From Chiloscyllium plagiosum (Eukaryota), in assembly GCF_004010195.1 (NCBI RefSeq), contig NC_057756.1, positions 5,331,774 through 5,379,763 on the forward strand: 47,990 nt of DNA, given 5' to 3'. Below the pieces are notes generated by a model. That model was not told the origin of the DNA and made no database searches. It saw only the letters and a list, made by a program, of their open reading frames with translations. A program made the translations under genes and the position numbers. Numbering within the stretch: the stretch's first letter is position 1; each line of letters opens with the position of its first letter. Of the stretch, positions 1-11,736 are shown piece by piece.

Positions 1-3000
1 GTCACTGGAACAGTGTACACGGGTGTCCCTGATAACTGGGACAGTGTGCACGGGTGTCCCTGATAATGGGACAGTGTGCACTGGGGTCCCTGTAACTGGG
101 ACAGTGTGCACGGGGATGCCTGATAACTGGGACAGTGTAAAAGGGGGTCCCTGATAACTGGGACAGTGTACACAGGGGTTCCTGATAACTGGGACTGTGT
201 ACACAGGGGTCCCTGATAACTGGGACTGTGTACATGGGGATTCCTGAAAACTGGGACAGTGTGCAAGGGGGTACCTGATACCTGGGACATTGTACACAGG
301 GTTCCCTGATAACTGGGACAGTGTACACGGGGGTCCCTGATAACTGGGACAGTGTACACAGGGGTCCCTGATAACTGGGACAGTGTACATGGTGGTTCCT
401 GATAACTAGGACAGTGTACACGGGTTCCCTAATAACTGGGACAGTGTGCACGGAGGTTCCTGAAAACTGGGACAGTGCACACGGAGGATTATGACAACTG
501 GAACAGTGTACACAGGGGGTTCCTGATAACTGGGACAGCGTACATGGGGGTTCCTGATAACTAGGACAGTGTACATGGGGTTCCCTAATAACTGGAACAG
601 TGTACACGGGGGTCCCTGATAACTGGGACGGTGTACACGGGGGTCCCTGATAACTGGAACAGTGTACACGGGGGTCCCTGATAACTGGGACGGTGTACAC
701 AGGAGTCCCTGATAACTGGGACAGTGTAATTGGGTGTCCATGGTAACAGGGACAGTGTGCACGGGGATCCCTGATAACTGGGTCAGTGTGCACACGGGTT
801 CCTGATAACGGGGACAGTGTGCACGGAGATCCCTGATAACTGGGACAGTGTGCATGTGGGTTCCTGATAACTGGGACAGTGTACACGGGGGTCCTTGATA
901 ACTGGGACAGTGTACACGGGGGTCCCTGATAACTGGGACAGTGCACACGGGGGTCCCTGATAACTGGGACGGTGAACACGGGGGTCCCTGATAACTGGGA
1001 CAGTGTTCACAGGGGTTCCTGATAACTGGGTCAGTATACACAGGGGTTCCTGATAACTGGGACAGTGTACTCGGGTGTCCATGGTAACAGGGACAGTGTG
1101 CGCGGGAATCCCTGATAACTGGGACAGCTTTCGCCCGGGTTCCTGATAACTGGGTCAGTATACACGGGGGTCCCTGATAACTGGGTCAGTATTCACAGGG
1201 GTTCCCTGATAACTGGGACAGTGTGCACGGGGCCTCCTTGATACCTGGGACAGGGTGGGCGCGGGTTCCTGATAACTGGGACAGTGTGCATGGGAGCCTC
1301 TGATAATTGGGACAGTGTACACAGGAGTCCCTGATAACTGGGACAGAGTGCACACGGGTTCCTGATAACTGGGACAGCGTACACGGGGGTGCCTGATAAC
1401 TGGAACAGTGTATACATGTGTCCATGATTACTGGGACAGTGTACACGGAGGATCAGGACAACTGTGACAGTGTACACAGGGGGTTCCTGATAGCTGGGAC
1501 AGCGTACACGGGGGTCCCTGATAACAAGGACAATGTACACGGGTGTAAGGGGTGGTGTAATTTTTAAATCATTAACTGTTGTAGTAAGCACATAGTAAGT
1601 ACAAAGCCACCATTTTAGTCCTTTCTACCCTGTAGTAAGCACCAGCAGATACTCCCCTAGATTTTCATGAATGGAACAATGGAAACAGCTTTCCTCGTGG
1701 CTGAGGGACTGCCCACAACCCATGGCTGTACATCATCATCCATATAAGGGAGAACGGTGAACTCAAACACTGATTGGCTGGGTGATGAACCAAATAATCT
1801 CATCCATCAGGGAGGACAGTGGGGAACTTTGACACCCATTGGCTGAGACAGTAGAAGGCCCAGCCCATTACTACATGTATATAATGCGCGGGGATTACAA
1901 TCTGTGTGTGTGCCTCGTGGGAAGCCATTGAGGTAACACCCGGTTCTGCAGAACTGAATACATAGTTTTGGACGAACTCCTCCGTGTCTTTGTTCTTGGG
2001 AAGGGAAGCAGAGTGCCTGATGGGGGGTCGCAGAGGTCCCTATCTTGCACACGGGGCACACTGATAACTGGGACAGTGTACACGGGGATCCCTGATAACT
2101 GCGACAGTGTACACAGGGTTCCCTGATAACTCGGACAGTGCGCACACGGGTTCCTGATAACTGGAACAGTGTGCACGGGGGTTCCTGATAACTGGGACAG
2201 TGTACACACGGGTCCCTGATAACTGGGACAGTGTACATGGTGGTTCCTGATAACTAGGACAGTGTACACGGGGGTTCCTGATAACTGGGACAGTGTACAC
2301 AGGGGTTCCTGATAACTGGGACTGTGTACAAGGGGATTCCTGATAACTGGGACAGTGTGCAAGGGGGTACCTGATAACTGGGACATTGTACACAGGGTTC
2401 CCTGATAACTGGGACAGTGTACACGGGGGTTCCTGATAACTGGGACAGTGTGCACAGGGTTCCCTGATAACTGGGACAGTGTGCAGGGGGGTCCCTGATA
2501 ACTGGGACAGTGTACAAGGGGGTTCCTGATAACTGGGACAGTGTACAAGGGGGTTCCTGATAACTGGGACAGTGTGCACGGGTGTCCCTGATAAGTGGGA
2601 CAGTGTGCACGGGGGTGCCTGATAACTGGGACAGTGCATACATGTGTCCCTGATAACTGGGACAGTGGACACGGAGGATTATGACAACTGGGACAGTATT
2701 CACAGGGGTTCCCTGATATCTGGGACAGTGTGCACGGGGCCTCCTTGATACCTGGGACAGGATGGGCGCGGGTTCCTGATAACTGGGACAGTGTGCATGG
2801 GAGCCTCTGATAATTGGGACAGTGTACACAGGAGTCCCTGATAACTGGGACAGAGTGCACACGGGTTCCTGATAACTGGGACAGTGTACACGGGGGTGCC
2901 TGATAACTGGGACAGTGTATACATGTGTCCCTGATAACTGGGACAGTGTAAACGGAGGATCATGACAACTGGGACAGTGTACACAGGGGGTTCCTGATAG

Positions 3001-3894
3001 CTGGGAGAGTGTACACGGGGGTTCCTGATAACTGGGACAGTGTATGCGGAGGACCATGATAAATGGGACAGTGTACACGGGGATACCTCATAACTGAGGC
3101 ACTGTACACAGGGGTCCCTGATAACAAGGACAATGTACACGGGGCACACTGGTAACTGGGACAGTGTGCACGTTCGGCTCCTGATAACTGCGACAGTGTA
3201 CACAGGGGTTCCTGATAACTGGGACAGTGTACACGGGGGTCCCTGATAACTGGGACAGTGTACATGGTGGTTCCTGATAACTAGGACAGTGTACACGGGG
3301 ATCCCTGATAACTGGGACAGTGTACACGGGGGTTCCTGAAAACTGGGACAGTGTGCAAGGGGGTACCTGATAACTGGGACATTGTACACAGGGTTCCCTG
3401 ATAACTGGGACAGTGTACACAGGGGTTCCTGATAACTGAGACTGTGTACAGGGGGTTCCTGATAACTGGGACAGTGTGCACAGGGGTCCCTGATACCTGG
3501 GACAGTGTACACGGGGGTCCCTGATAACTGGGACAGTGTGCAAGGGGTTCCCTGATAACTAGGACAGTGTACACGGGAGTTCCTGATAACTGGGACAGTG
3601 TACAAGGGGGTTCCTAAAAACTGGAACAGTGTGCAAGGGTGTCCCTTATAACTGGGACAGTGTGCACGGGGGTGCCTGATAACAGGGACAGTGTGCAGGG
3701 GGTGCCTGATAACTGGGACAGTGTACACACGGGTCCCTGATAACTGGGACAGTGTACATGGTGGTTCCCGATAACTAGGACAGTGTACACGGGGGTTCCT
3801 GATAACTGGGACAGTGTACACACGGGTCCCTGATAACTGGGACAGTGTACACGGGGGTTCATGATAACTGAGACAGTGTACACTGGGGTTCCTG
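1..3894. repeat. 31-bp tandem satellite, consensus ~CCTGATAACTGGGACAGTGTACACGGGGGTT (satellite A), interrupted by a solo LTR
   Basis: GATAA recurs at 31, 62, 122, 153, 184... (31-bp period); the ORF track shows 31-aa repeats (93 nt = 3 monomers) in all minus frames; array runs into the N gap. Confidence 0.97.
1544..2049 (+). mobile_element. Solo LTR, 506 bp
   Basis: Ends TGTAAGG...TCTTGCA (TG..CA, imperfect terminal inverted repeat); CACGGG duplicated at 1538-1543 and 2050-2055; empty site CAATGTACACGGGGCACAC at 3131-3149; internal ATTGG boxes (~1773, ~1838), TATATAA (~1878), AATACA (~1957). Strand inferred from motif order. Confidence 0.85.
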
Positions 3895-4394
3895 NNNNNN
3901 NNNNNNNNNNNNNNNNNNNNNNNNNNNNNNNNNNNNNNNNNNNNNNNNNNNNNNNNNNNNNNNNNNNNNNNNNNNNNNNNNNNNNNNNNNNNNNNNNNNN
4001 NNNNNNNNNNNNNNNNNNNNNNNNNNNNNNNNNNNNNNNNNNNNNNNNNNNNNNNNNNNNNNNNNNNNNNNNNNNNNNNNNNNNNNNNNNNNNNNNNNNN
4101 NNNNNNNNNNNNNNNNNNNNNNNNNNNNNNNNNNNNNNNNNNNNNNNNNNNNNNNNNNNNNNNNNNNNNNNNNNNNNNNNNNNNNNNNNNNNNNNNNNNN
4201 NNNNNNNNNNNNNNNNNNNNNNNNNNNNNNNNNNNNNNNNNNNNNNNNNNNNNNNNNNNNNNNNNNNNNNNNNNNNNNNNNNNNNNNNNNNNNNNNNNNN
4301 NNNNNNNNNNNNNNNNNNNNNNNNNNNNNNNNNNNNNNNNNNNNNNNNNNNNNNNNNNNNNNNNNNNNNNNNNNNNNNNNNNNNNNNNNNNNNN
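3895..4394. other. Assembly gap (500 N)
   Basis: N run. Confidence 1.
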
Positions 4395-6420
4395 CAGTGT
4401 CCATATCAGTGACTGTATCAGTGTCTATACTGGTGCCTATAATGGTGTCTAACAGAGAGTATAATGGTACCTGTAACATTGTCTTTATTAGTCTCTACAA
4501 CATTGTTGATATCACTGTATATAGAAGATTCCATAACAGTACTGAAATATTGCTTATATAAGAGACTGTAACATACATGTAAGAGTGACTAGGAAGGCAT
4601 CTAAAGCATGTTGATGACAGTAACCAGAACAGTTAAGATGTCAGTGACTAAAACAACATAAATAACAATACCAGAATCAAGAACAATGATAGTGTCTGTA
4701 TCATTACCTATAAAAGTGTCTGAAACAGTGCCAAAAACATAGTTCCTGCTCTGGTCACTGACAATGAGATTATGTAGAACAGTGTATATATCAGTGACTA
4801 TAACAGTCTCTATGCCAGTGTCTGTTGCTATAAATATATCTAGAACATTGCTTATGACAATGTCAATTACAGCATCTATGTCAGTGTGTATAACAGTGAT
4901 TTAACAGTGTTGACATTAGTGACTATAATAGTATTGGTATCAGTGAATACAATGTCTATGACACTATACATCTCAATGTTTCTAACAGTGACCCCAACAC
5001 CAGTATTCATTACAGAGATTCTGACAGTTTATGGATCAGTGTGTACAAAAGTGGCTACAACAGTGCCTATCTCAGTTGCTAAATCAGTGATTATAACATT
5101 GTTTAATTAAAAGCCTGTAACAATATCGATAGTGGTGACTTTAATGGTGTCTATAGGGCAGCTATAACAGTAACCAAAGCAGTTATGGTATCAGTGAACA
5201 AACCAGCACCTGCATCAAGAACAATATCAGTGTCAGTATCGGTGACTGTAAACATTGCTGTAACAGTGACTCTGTCAGTGACTATCGCAGGGATCTTTAA
5301 CACTGTCTAGATCAGTGATTATAACAATCTCTATACCAGCGTTTAACACATAGATCTATATCAGTCTCTATAATACTGTATATACAGTGACTATAATAGT
5401 ATCTGGAACATTATTTATAACAATATCCATAGCAGTGTTGGTATCAGTGTCTAGAACACTGGCAAACCAGAGTTCACAACAGTATAAGTGTTCATAATAG
5501 TTTCTATACCAATGACAATACCAGTGACTATATTGGCATCTATATCACTGTAATAAGCATCTGTTTTAGTGGCTAAAGCAATGTGCATAGCAGTCTCTGT
5601 ATCAGTGTCTTTGGCAGTGTCTATAACAGAGATTATATTAGTGTAACATTGTCTCTATCTGTCTCTATATCTTTGTTGATATCACTATCTATATCAGAGC
5701 CAATAGCAGTATCTATATCATTGTTTATATAACAGACTATAACAGTACGTTTAAGAGTGATCATAAAAGGATGATGATAATAGTACATATAACATTGTCT
5801 CTATCAGTTTCCATGACATAGTTGATGTCACTATCTAAATAAGATTCCGTAATGATATCTATAACACTGTGTTATAAACAGTGTATGCATCAGTGTCTAT
5901 AACTATTGGTTATATCAGTCACAATAACATTGTTGATATCACTATCTATTTGAGATTCTGTAACAGTATCTATAACATTGTTTACATAAGAGAGTATAAT
6001 AATATAATTGACTATAATGGTATCTATAAGGGTGTTTGTAACATAACAGTTATGATATCACTGCACAAAACAGCATCAGTAACAATATCTATATCAATAA
6101 GAATAATATGTCAGTATCAGTGATTATAAAAGTGTCTGTTATAGTGATAAAACCATTGTCTCTGACAATGACTATAGCAGGGATTTTAATATTATAACAA
6201 TGATTATATCAGTGTCTATAATCATGTCAATGCCATGGCTCTAATAGTGTCAACATCAGTATCTATAAGAGTGTACAAAGCAGTGACTATAAAAGTATGT
6301 GTAACACAATCACACAACACCAGGTTATAGTCCAACAGGTTTAATTGTTCGGTAGCCATAGGGAGGGCCTCAACTGGGACCTTGGGTTCATGTCACATTA
6401 CAGGTGATCACCATTGCACT

Positions 6421-6567
6421 ACACACACACACACACACACTCTCACATACACATGGACACAGGTACACACAGACGCACACACAGACACCCACACACACCC
6501 TAAGAGACACACACTCTCCCACACTCACACATGCACCCCCTCACAGACTTAAGACACTCTGCACTCA

Positions 6568-6610
<43 letters not shown>
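6421..6610. repeat. (CA)n compound microsatellite inside the PLE 3' UTR
   Basis: Pure CA runs at ~6421-6440 and ~6569-6610 with CA-rich spacer. Confidence 0.95.
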
Positions 6611-6611
<1 letters not shown>

Positions 6612-7020
6612 TTTGTGTGGTGAATTTTTTTGGTACTTTCAGAGTTACCTTGCACTTTGCTCAAAAACCACATACATTCATGTAGAACTCTGAGCTCAAA
6701 AACTGCATGAATTTATGTAAAACTCTGTTATCTCACTTTTTAGATTGGAATCAATCTAAACATCAGGTCATAGACAGAGAACACAGGGGGCTAACACCTT
6801 CAACATATTGTCTAGCTATCACCATTGTTAACAGCTAACCCGAGAATGCAACTTTTTTTAAAAAAGGTTTTGTGATTTACACATGAAAGAAGTGAAACTA
6901 TCACTGTATTCTAACAGATGAAAGGCTTAACAGACAATCAATTCTTCAATGTATAATTACAGTTACATCACACTGCAAATTTTTGCTATAAACTCTGTGT
7001 TCCAATCGAGTCCTCCACAT

Positions 7021-7055
7021 CACCTGATGAAGGAGCGTCGCTCCGAAAGCTAGTA
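7021..7055 (+). ncRNA. Minimal type I hammerhead ribozyme (pLTR type A)
   Basis: CAC-CTGATGA-A-GGAGC/gtc/GCTCC-GAAA-GC-TA^GTA; core and 5-bp stem II intact, stem I weakened by one mismatch. Confidence 0.75.
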
Positions 7056-7900
7056 TGCTTCCAATTAAACCTGTTGGACTATAACCTGGTGTTGTGTGAT
7101 TTTTAACTTTGTACACCCCAGTCCAACACCAGCATCTCCAAATCATGTTTCCTCCTGGGAAGAGATAAGCGCACGGCTACACCTAGGTAGTGGTGAAAGT
7201 GCATCACAGAAATCGTGTCTGAGACCAGACATATGTAGACGGGCAGGAGTCTGGAAGAACACAGCAAGCCAGGCTGGTGGAGAAGTTGACATTTCAGGTG
7301 TAACCCTTCTTTCAGATATATAGATGTAGGCAAAGCGGCTTAACAGTTCAACAGTTTCCTCATTTCCCCTTCCCCCACCTTACCCTAGTTCCAAACTTCC
7401 AGCTCAGCACTGTCCCCATGACTTGTCTGGACTTGTCCTACCTGCCTATCTCCTTTTCCACCTATCCACTCTACCCTCTCCTCCCTGACCTATCATCTTC
7501 ATCCCCTCCCTCACTCACCCATTGTACTCTATGCTACTTTCTCCCCACCCCCACCCTCCTCTAGCTCACCTCTCCACACTTCAGGCTCACTGCCTTTATT
7601 CCTGATGAAACGTCGATTTCGCTGCTCCTCGGATGCTGCCTGAACTGCTGTGCTCTTCCAGCACCACTAATCCAAAACCTTCAACATATTGTCTAGCTAT
7701 CACCATTGTTAACAGCTAACCCGAGAATACAACTTTAAAAAAAAGGGTTTTGTGATTTACACATGAAAGAAGTGAAACTATCACATATTCTAACAGATGA
7801 AAGGCTTAACAGACAATCAATTTTTCAATGTATAATTTCAGTTACATCACACTGCAAATTTTTGCTCTAAATTCTGTGTTATGATCGAGTCCTCCACAAT

Positions 7901-7935
7901 CACCTGATGAAGGAGCGTCACTCCGAAAGCTAGTG
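7901..7935 (+). ncRNA. Minimal type I hammerhead ribozyme (pLTR type A)
   Basis: CAC-CTGATGA-A-GGAG/cgtca/CTCC-GAAA-GC-TA^GTG; stem I CAC/GTG, palindromic AGCT in place of stem III. Confidence 0.78.
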
Positions 7936-8562
7936 TGCTTCCAATTAAACCTGTTGGACTATAACCTGGTGTTGTGTGGTTTTTAACTATCTCAGTGAAT
8001 ACATCAATGTCTATGAGTGTTCATTACAGTGTCTATTTCAGTGTTTATAATAGTGCCTGTAACAGTGTGTATAACAGTGATTTAGTTGGTGACTACATGA
8101 GTATTTATACCAATGTCTATGTCAGTGATTCTGCCAATGTCTGTAATGGTGTCTTTCTTAGTGTCTAAAACAGAGACTTCGTAAGTGTTTATATCACTAT
8201 GTATCTGTAACTGGTCTATATCCCTGACTATAGTATCGCCTGTATCGATGTACTATATCAGTATCAAAAACAGTGTATACTTCACTGTCTATGTTATTGG
8301 CTATAAGACTGTCTATAACACTGTCTATATCAGTGTCGAAAAATGAGTCTGTAGCAATGACAGTAACAGTGACTATTTCTGCATCTGTATCAGTTGAAAA
8401 TACTATCTGTTTCAGCCCATACCAGTGTCGATTCAGTGTCTATATTATGGACTATAATTATACCTTTATCAGTTGCTCCAGTAGTGTCTATATCAATGAG
8501 TGTAACAGTCCCTATATACCACTGTCTATAACAATGGCTATGTCAATGAGTGTAACAGTCCC

Positions 8563-9347
8563 GCCCCTCCAACCACCACCAGGACAGAACCCCACTGGTC
8601 CTCACCTACCACCCCACCAATCTTCATGTACAGCGCATCATCCACCGTCATTTCCGCCATCTCCAAACGGACCCCACCACCAAGGATATAATTTACGACT
8701 GATTGGAAAGGAACTTCTTCACCCAGAGGGTTGTTAATCCATAGAATTCCCTGCCCAGTGAAGTAATTGATGCTACTTCAGTAAACATTTTTAAAGCTAA
8801 GGTAGAATCTTTTGAACAATAAAAAATTTAAGGGATACAGTGAGAGCGCAGTAAGTGGAGCCGAGTCCATGAAAAGATCAACCATGAATTTATTGAATGG
8901 CAGAGCAGGACCGAAGGGCCGATGGATGACTTCTGCTCCTAGGTCTTATCTTCTAAATGGGCTGAAAAAATAGCAAATGGAGTTCAATCTGGATAAATGC
9001 GAGGTATTGCAATTTGGGACAACAAACAAGGGTACGGTTTTTACAATTTCAGCACCGCCTTCCTAACCTGCAATCTTCTTCCTGACCTCTCCGCCCCCAT
9101 CCCAGTCTGACCTATCATCCTCACCTTGACCTCTTTCCACCTATCACATTTCCGACGCCCCTCCCCCCAGTCCCTCCTCCCTACCTTTTATCTTAGCCTG
9201 CTGGACACACTTTCCTCATTCCTGAGGAAGGGCTTATGCCCGAAACGTCGATTCTCCTGTTCCCTGGATGCTGCCTGACCTGCTGCGCTTTTCCAGCAAC
9301 ACATTTTCAGCTCTGATCTCCAGCATCTGCAGACCTCACTTTCTCCT
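8563..9347 (+). mobile_element. Chimeric retroinsertion: PLE ORF fragment (~8563-8690) + CR1 3' end (~8691-8955) + CR1 RT fragment (~8956-9045) + PLE pLTR with hammerhead (~9046-9347)
   Basis: First piece matches the reverse complement of ~34345-34473; CR1 motifs 'ttcttcacccagagggttgt' and QMEFNLDKCEVL; last piece matches the reverse complement of ~33525-33790. Confidence 0.8.
9219..9252 (+). ncRNA. Minimal type I hammerhead ribozyme (pLTR type B)
   Basis: TTC-CTGAGGA-A-GGGC/ttat/GCCC-GAAA-CG-TC^GAT. Confidence 0.72.
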
Positions 9348-10285
9348 CCTATATACCACTGTCTATAACAGTGGCTATGTCAATGAGTGTAACAGTCCCT
9401 ATATATCACTGTCTACAACAGTGGCTATGTCGATGAGTGTAACAGTCCCTATATACCACTGTCTATAACAGTGGCTATGTCAAGGTTGATAACACTGTCT
9501 ATGACAGACAATAACATTGTTAGCAACAGTTTGTATAACAGTGATCATAACAGTCTCTCCATCTGTGTCCATAACAATAACTATACCAATCTCTACAACA
9601 GTGTAAATGGATAAATGGATACTTTAGTGTCTAGAGTGACTTCAACAGTGTCCACATCAGTGTTTCTAACAGTGTCCAATTCAGTGTTTCTAACAGTGTA
9701 TATAGTGGTGTTCATCACAGAGATTATAACAGTGTCTGTACCAATTTCTATGTCACTGACTATATTAGCATCAGTGTCTTTATTAATTTCTATCACAATG
9801 TCTATAACAGAGTCTATATCAAAGTCTATAACAGTGCCATTATCCTTGATAATCATTGTCCGTAACAGTGTTTATAACAGTGTCTGAATTAGTGAATACA
9901 TCAGTATGCATAATGAGATATATATCAATTTTATTTACAGTGTCTAAATCAGTGACTATAAAGGTGTCTATTCCATGGTCTATAGCAGTGCCTAGAACAG
10001 TGAAGACATCAATGTTGATAACAGTATCAATAGCATTGTTGATATAATAAACTATAACAGTACCTTGTAAGAGTGACTATAATGCTATCTGTAAGGGTGT
10101 TTATGATAATAACAGTACACAGTTGTGATTATCAGGGACCAAAATAATGCTGATAACAGGACCTTTATCAATGACCAAAACAGTATCTATATCAGTGACT
10201 ATGGCAATGTCATGGTACCAGAGTCTACAGCAGTGACTGTACTTTATCTACAATACTAAATCAGTGTCTATAACATTGTCTATAT

Positions 10286-10494
10286 CAGGTTATAGTCCAA
10301 CAGGCTCATTTGGAAGCACTAGCTTTCGGAGCGCTGCTCCTGCATCCCCATATATAATCTTATTCTCCACAACCACCTGATGAAGGAGCAGCGCTCCAAA
10401 AGCTAGTGCTTCCAGACAAACCTGTTGGACTGTAACCTGGTGTCGTGTGATTTTTAACTTTGTCCACCCCAGTCCAACACCGGCACCTCCAAGT
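10286..10494. mobile_element. Fold-back PLE pLTR mini-element (type A), hammerheads damaged
   Basis: 10286-10345 is an inverted copy of ~10379-10439; TSD CATTGTCTATAT at 10274-10285 and 10495-10506; plus-strand core has GAAA>AAAA. Confidence 0.85.
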
Positions 10495-10926
10495 CATTGT
10501 CTATATTGGTATCTATAACAGTGATTACAAAAATATCTGTAACCCTGTCTATAACATTGTCAATATCAATGGCTATAACAGTGTACATAACAGCGATTAT
10601 AACTGTAGCTATATCAGAGACTACAGCAATGAGTATAACTGTGTCCATATCATTATCTATAACAGTCAATGGTTATATCAGTTTCTATATCAGTGACTAT
10701 AACAGTCTCGATCAGTATTAATAAAGTTGTCTATATCAATATCAATACCTGTATCATTGCCCATTACAATGTTTCTCTCTGTGACTATTATAGTGATTAT
10801 AAAATTGTCGATATCTTTGACTATAGCATGTTGATAAGAGTTTCTATAACATTGTCTATAATCATGTCTGTAACATTGTGTATAATATTGTCTATAACAG
10901 TGACTGCAACAGTATCTATAATATTG

Positions 10927-11138
10927 GGAGAAAGTGAGGACTGCAGATGCTGGAGATCAGAATTGAGAGTGTGGTGCTGGAAAAGCACAGCAGGTCAGGC
11001 AGCATCCAAGGAGCAGGGAAATCGACGTTTCAGGCATAAACTCTTCATCCGGAATCCTGATTATGCCCGAAACGTTGATTCTCTTGCTCCTCGGATACTG
11101 CCTGACCTGCTGTGCTTTTCCAGCACCACACCCTCAAC
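10927..11138. mobile_element. Fold-back PLE pLTR mini-element (type B)
   Basis: Inverted arms meeting at ~11050-11060; TSD ATCTA(T/C)AATATTG at 10914-10926 and 11139-11151. Confidence 0.85.
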
Positions 11139-11176
11139 ATCTACAATATTGTCTATGTCAGAGAATATAATGATAC

Positions 11177-11736
11177 CTAAAAGTCAGCTTATAAGTTTGC
11201 TCATTGAGCTGGCAGGTTTGTTTTCAGACGTTTCGTCACCATGCTAGGTAATATCATCAGTGAGCCTCTGGTGAAGCAGCACTAGTGTTCTGACACGCTT
11301 GCTACTTCTGTGTCTTGGTCTGTTGCGGTGGGTGATATCACTTCCAGTTCTTTTTCTGAGAGGTTGGTAAATGGGGTCCAAATCGATGTGTTTTTAATGG
11401 AGTTCCGGTCTGAATGCCAGGCCTCTAGGAATTCCCTTGTGTGTCTTTGTTTAGCCTGTCCCCAGGATGGATGTGTTGTCCCAGTCGAACTGGTGTCCCT
11501 CTTTGTCTGTGTGTGTGGATACCAGTAATAGTTGGTGGTGTCTTTTGGTGGCTAGTTGGTGCTCACATGTCCTAGTGGCTAGTTTCCTGCCCGTCTGTCC
11601 AATGTAATGCTTGTTGCAGTCCTTCTTGGTATTTTGTATGTGACGTTTGTTCTTCTGTTTGTTGGTACGGGGTCCTTTAGATTCATCAAGAACTGTTTCA
11701 GTGTGGTGGTAGGTTTGTGGGCTACCATGATGCCTA
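11177..11736 (-). mobile_element. Penelope-like element 3' fragment (Penelope/Poseidon-like GIY-YIG endonuclease, frameshifted) with pLTR
   Basis: Translations AHKPTTTLKQFLMNLKDP..NVTYKIP and KDCNKHYIGQTGRKLATRTCEH..GHQFDWDNTSILG; hammerhead downstream. Confidence 0.88.
11225..11262 (-). ncRNA. Minimal type I hammerhead ribozyme (pLTR type C)
   Basis: Minus strand CA-CTGATGA-T-ATTACC/tagcat/GGTGAC-GAAA-CG-TC^TG; basal stem II pair mismatched. Confidence 0.65.

Larger units (their letters stand above)
6308..7988 (+). mobile_element. Penelope-like element 3' remnant: short inverted pLTR (6308-6347), ORF C-terminus (6348-6407), CA-rich UTR, two direct pLTR copies with hammerheads, and nested fragments of other PLE families (~7228-7676)
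   Basis: 6308-6347 is the reverse complement of ~7062-7101; 6348-6407 reads FGSHREGLNWDLGFMSHYR*, resembling the GLN-ending GIY-YIG C-terminus; 6796-7108 is repeated at 7677-7988. Confidence 0.8.
8491..9482. repeat. Local 50-bp tandem repeat (CTATATACCACTGTCTATAACAGTGGCTATGTCAATGAGTGTAACAGTCC) split by a chimeric insertion
   Basis: Copies at ~8512-8561, 9349-9398, 9399-9448 plus partial copies. Confidence 0.85.

Noticed and set aside
2..3883. Long Cys/His/Pro-rich minus-strand ORFs as genes (e.g. zinc finger or keratin-associated)
   Set aside because: They arise in all three frames from a 31-bp monomer with free indels; no unique domains or gene structure
1..3894. V(D)J recombination signal-like GACAGTG heptamers
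   Set aside because: Lack the essential CAC start, and no ACAAAAACC nonamer at 12/23 spacing
3859..4479. ORFs spanning N runs (also near 16335-17026, 23004-23681 and 41056-41746)
   Set aside because: Artefacts of translating assembly gaps
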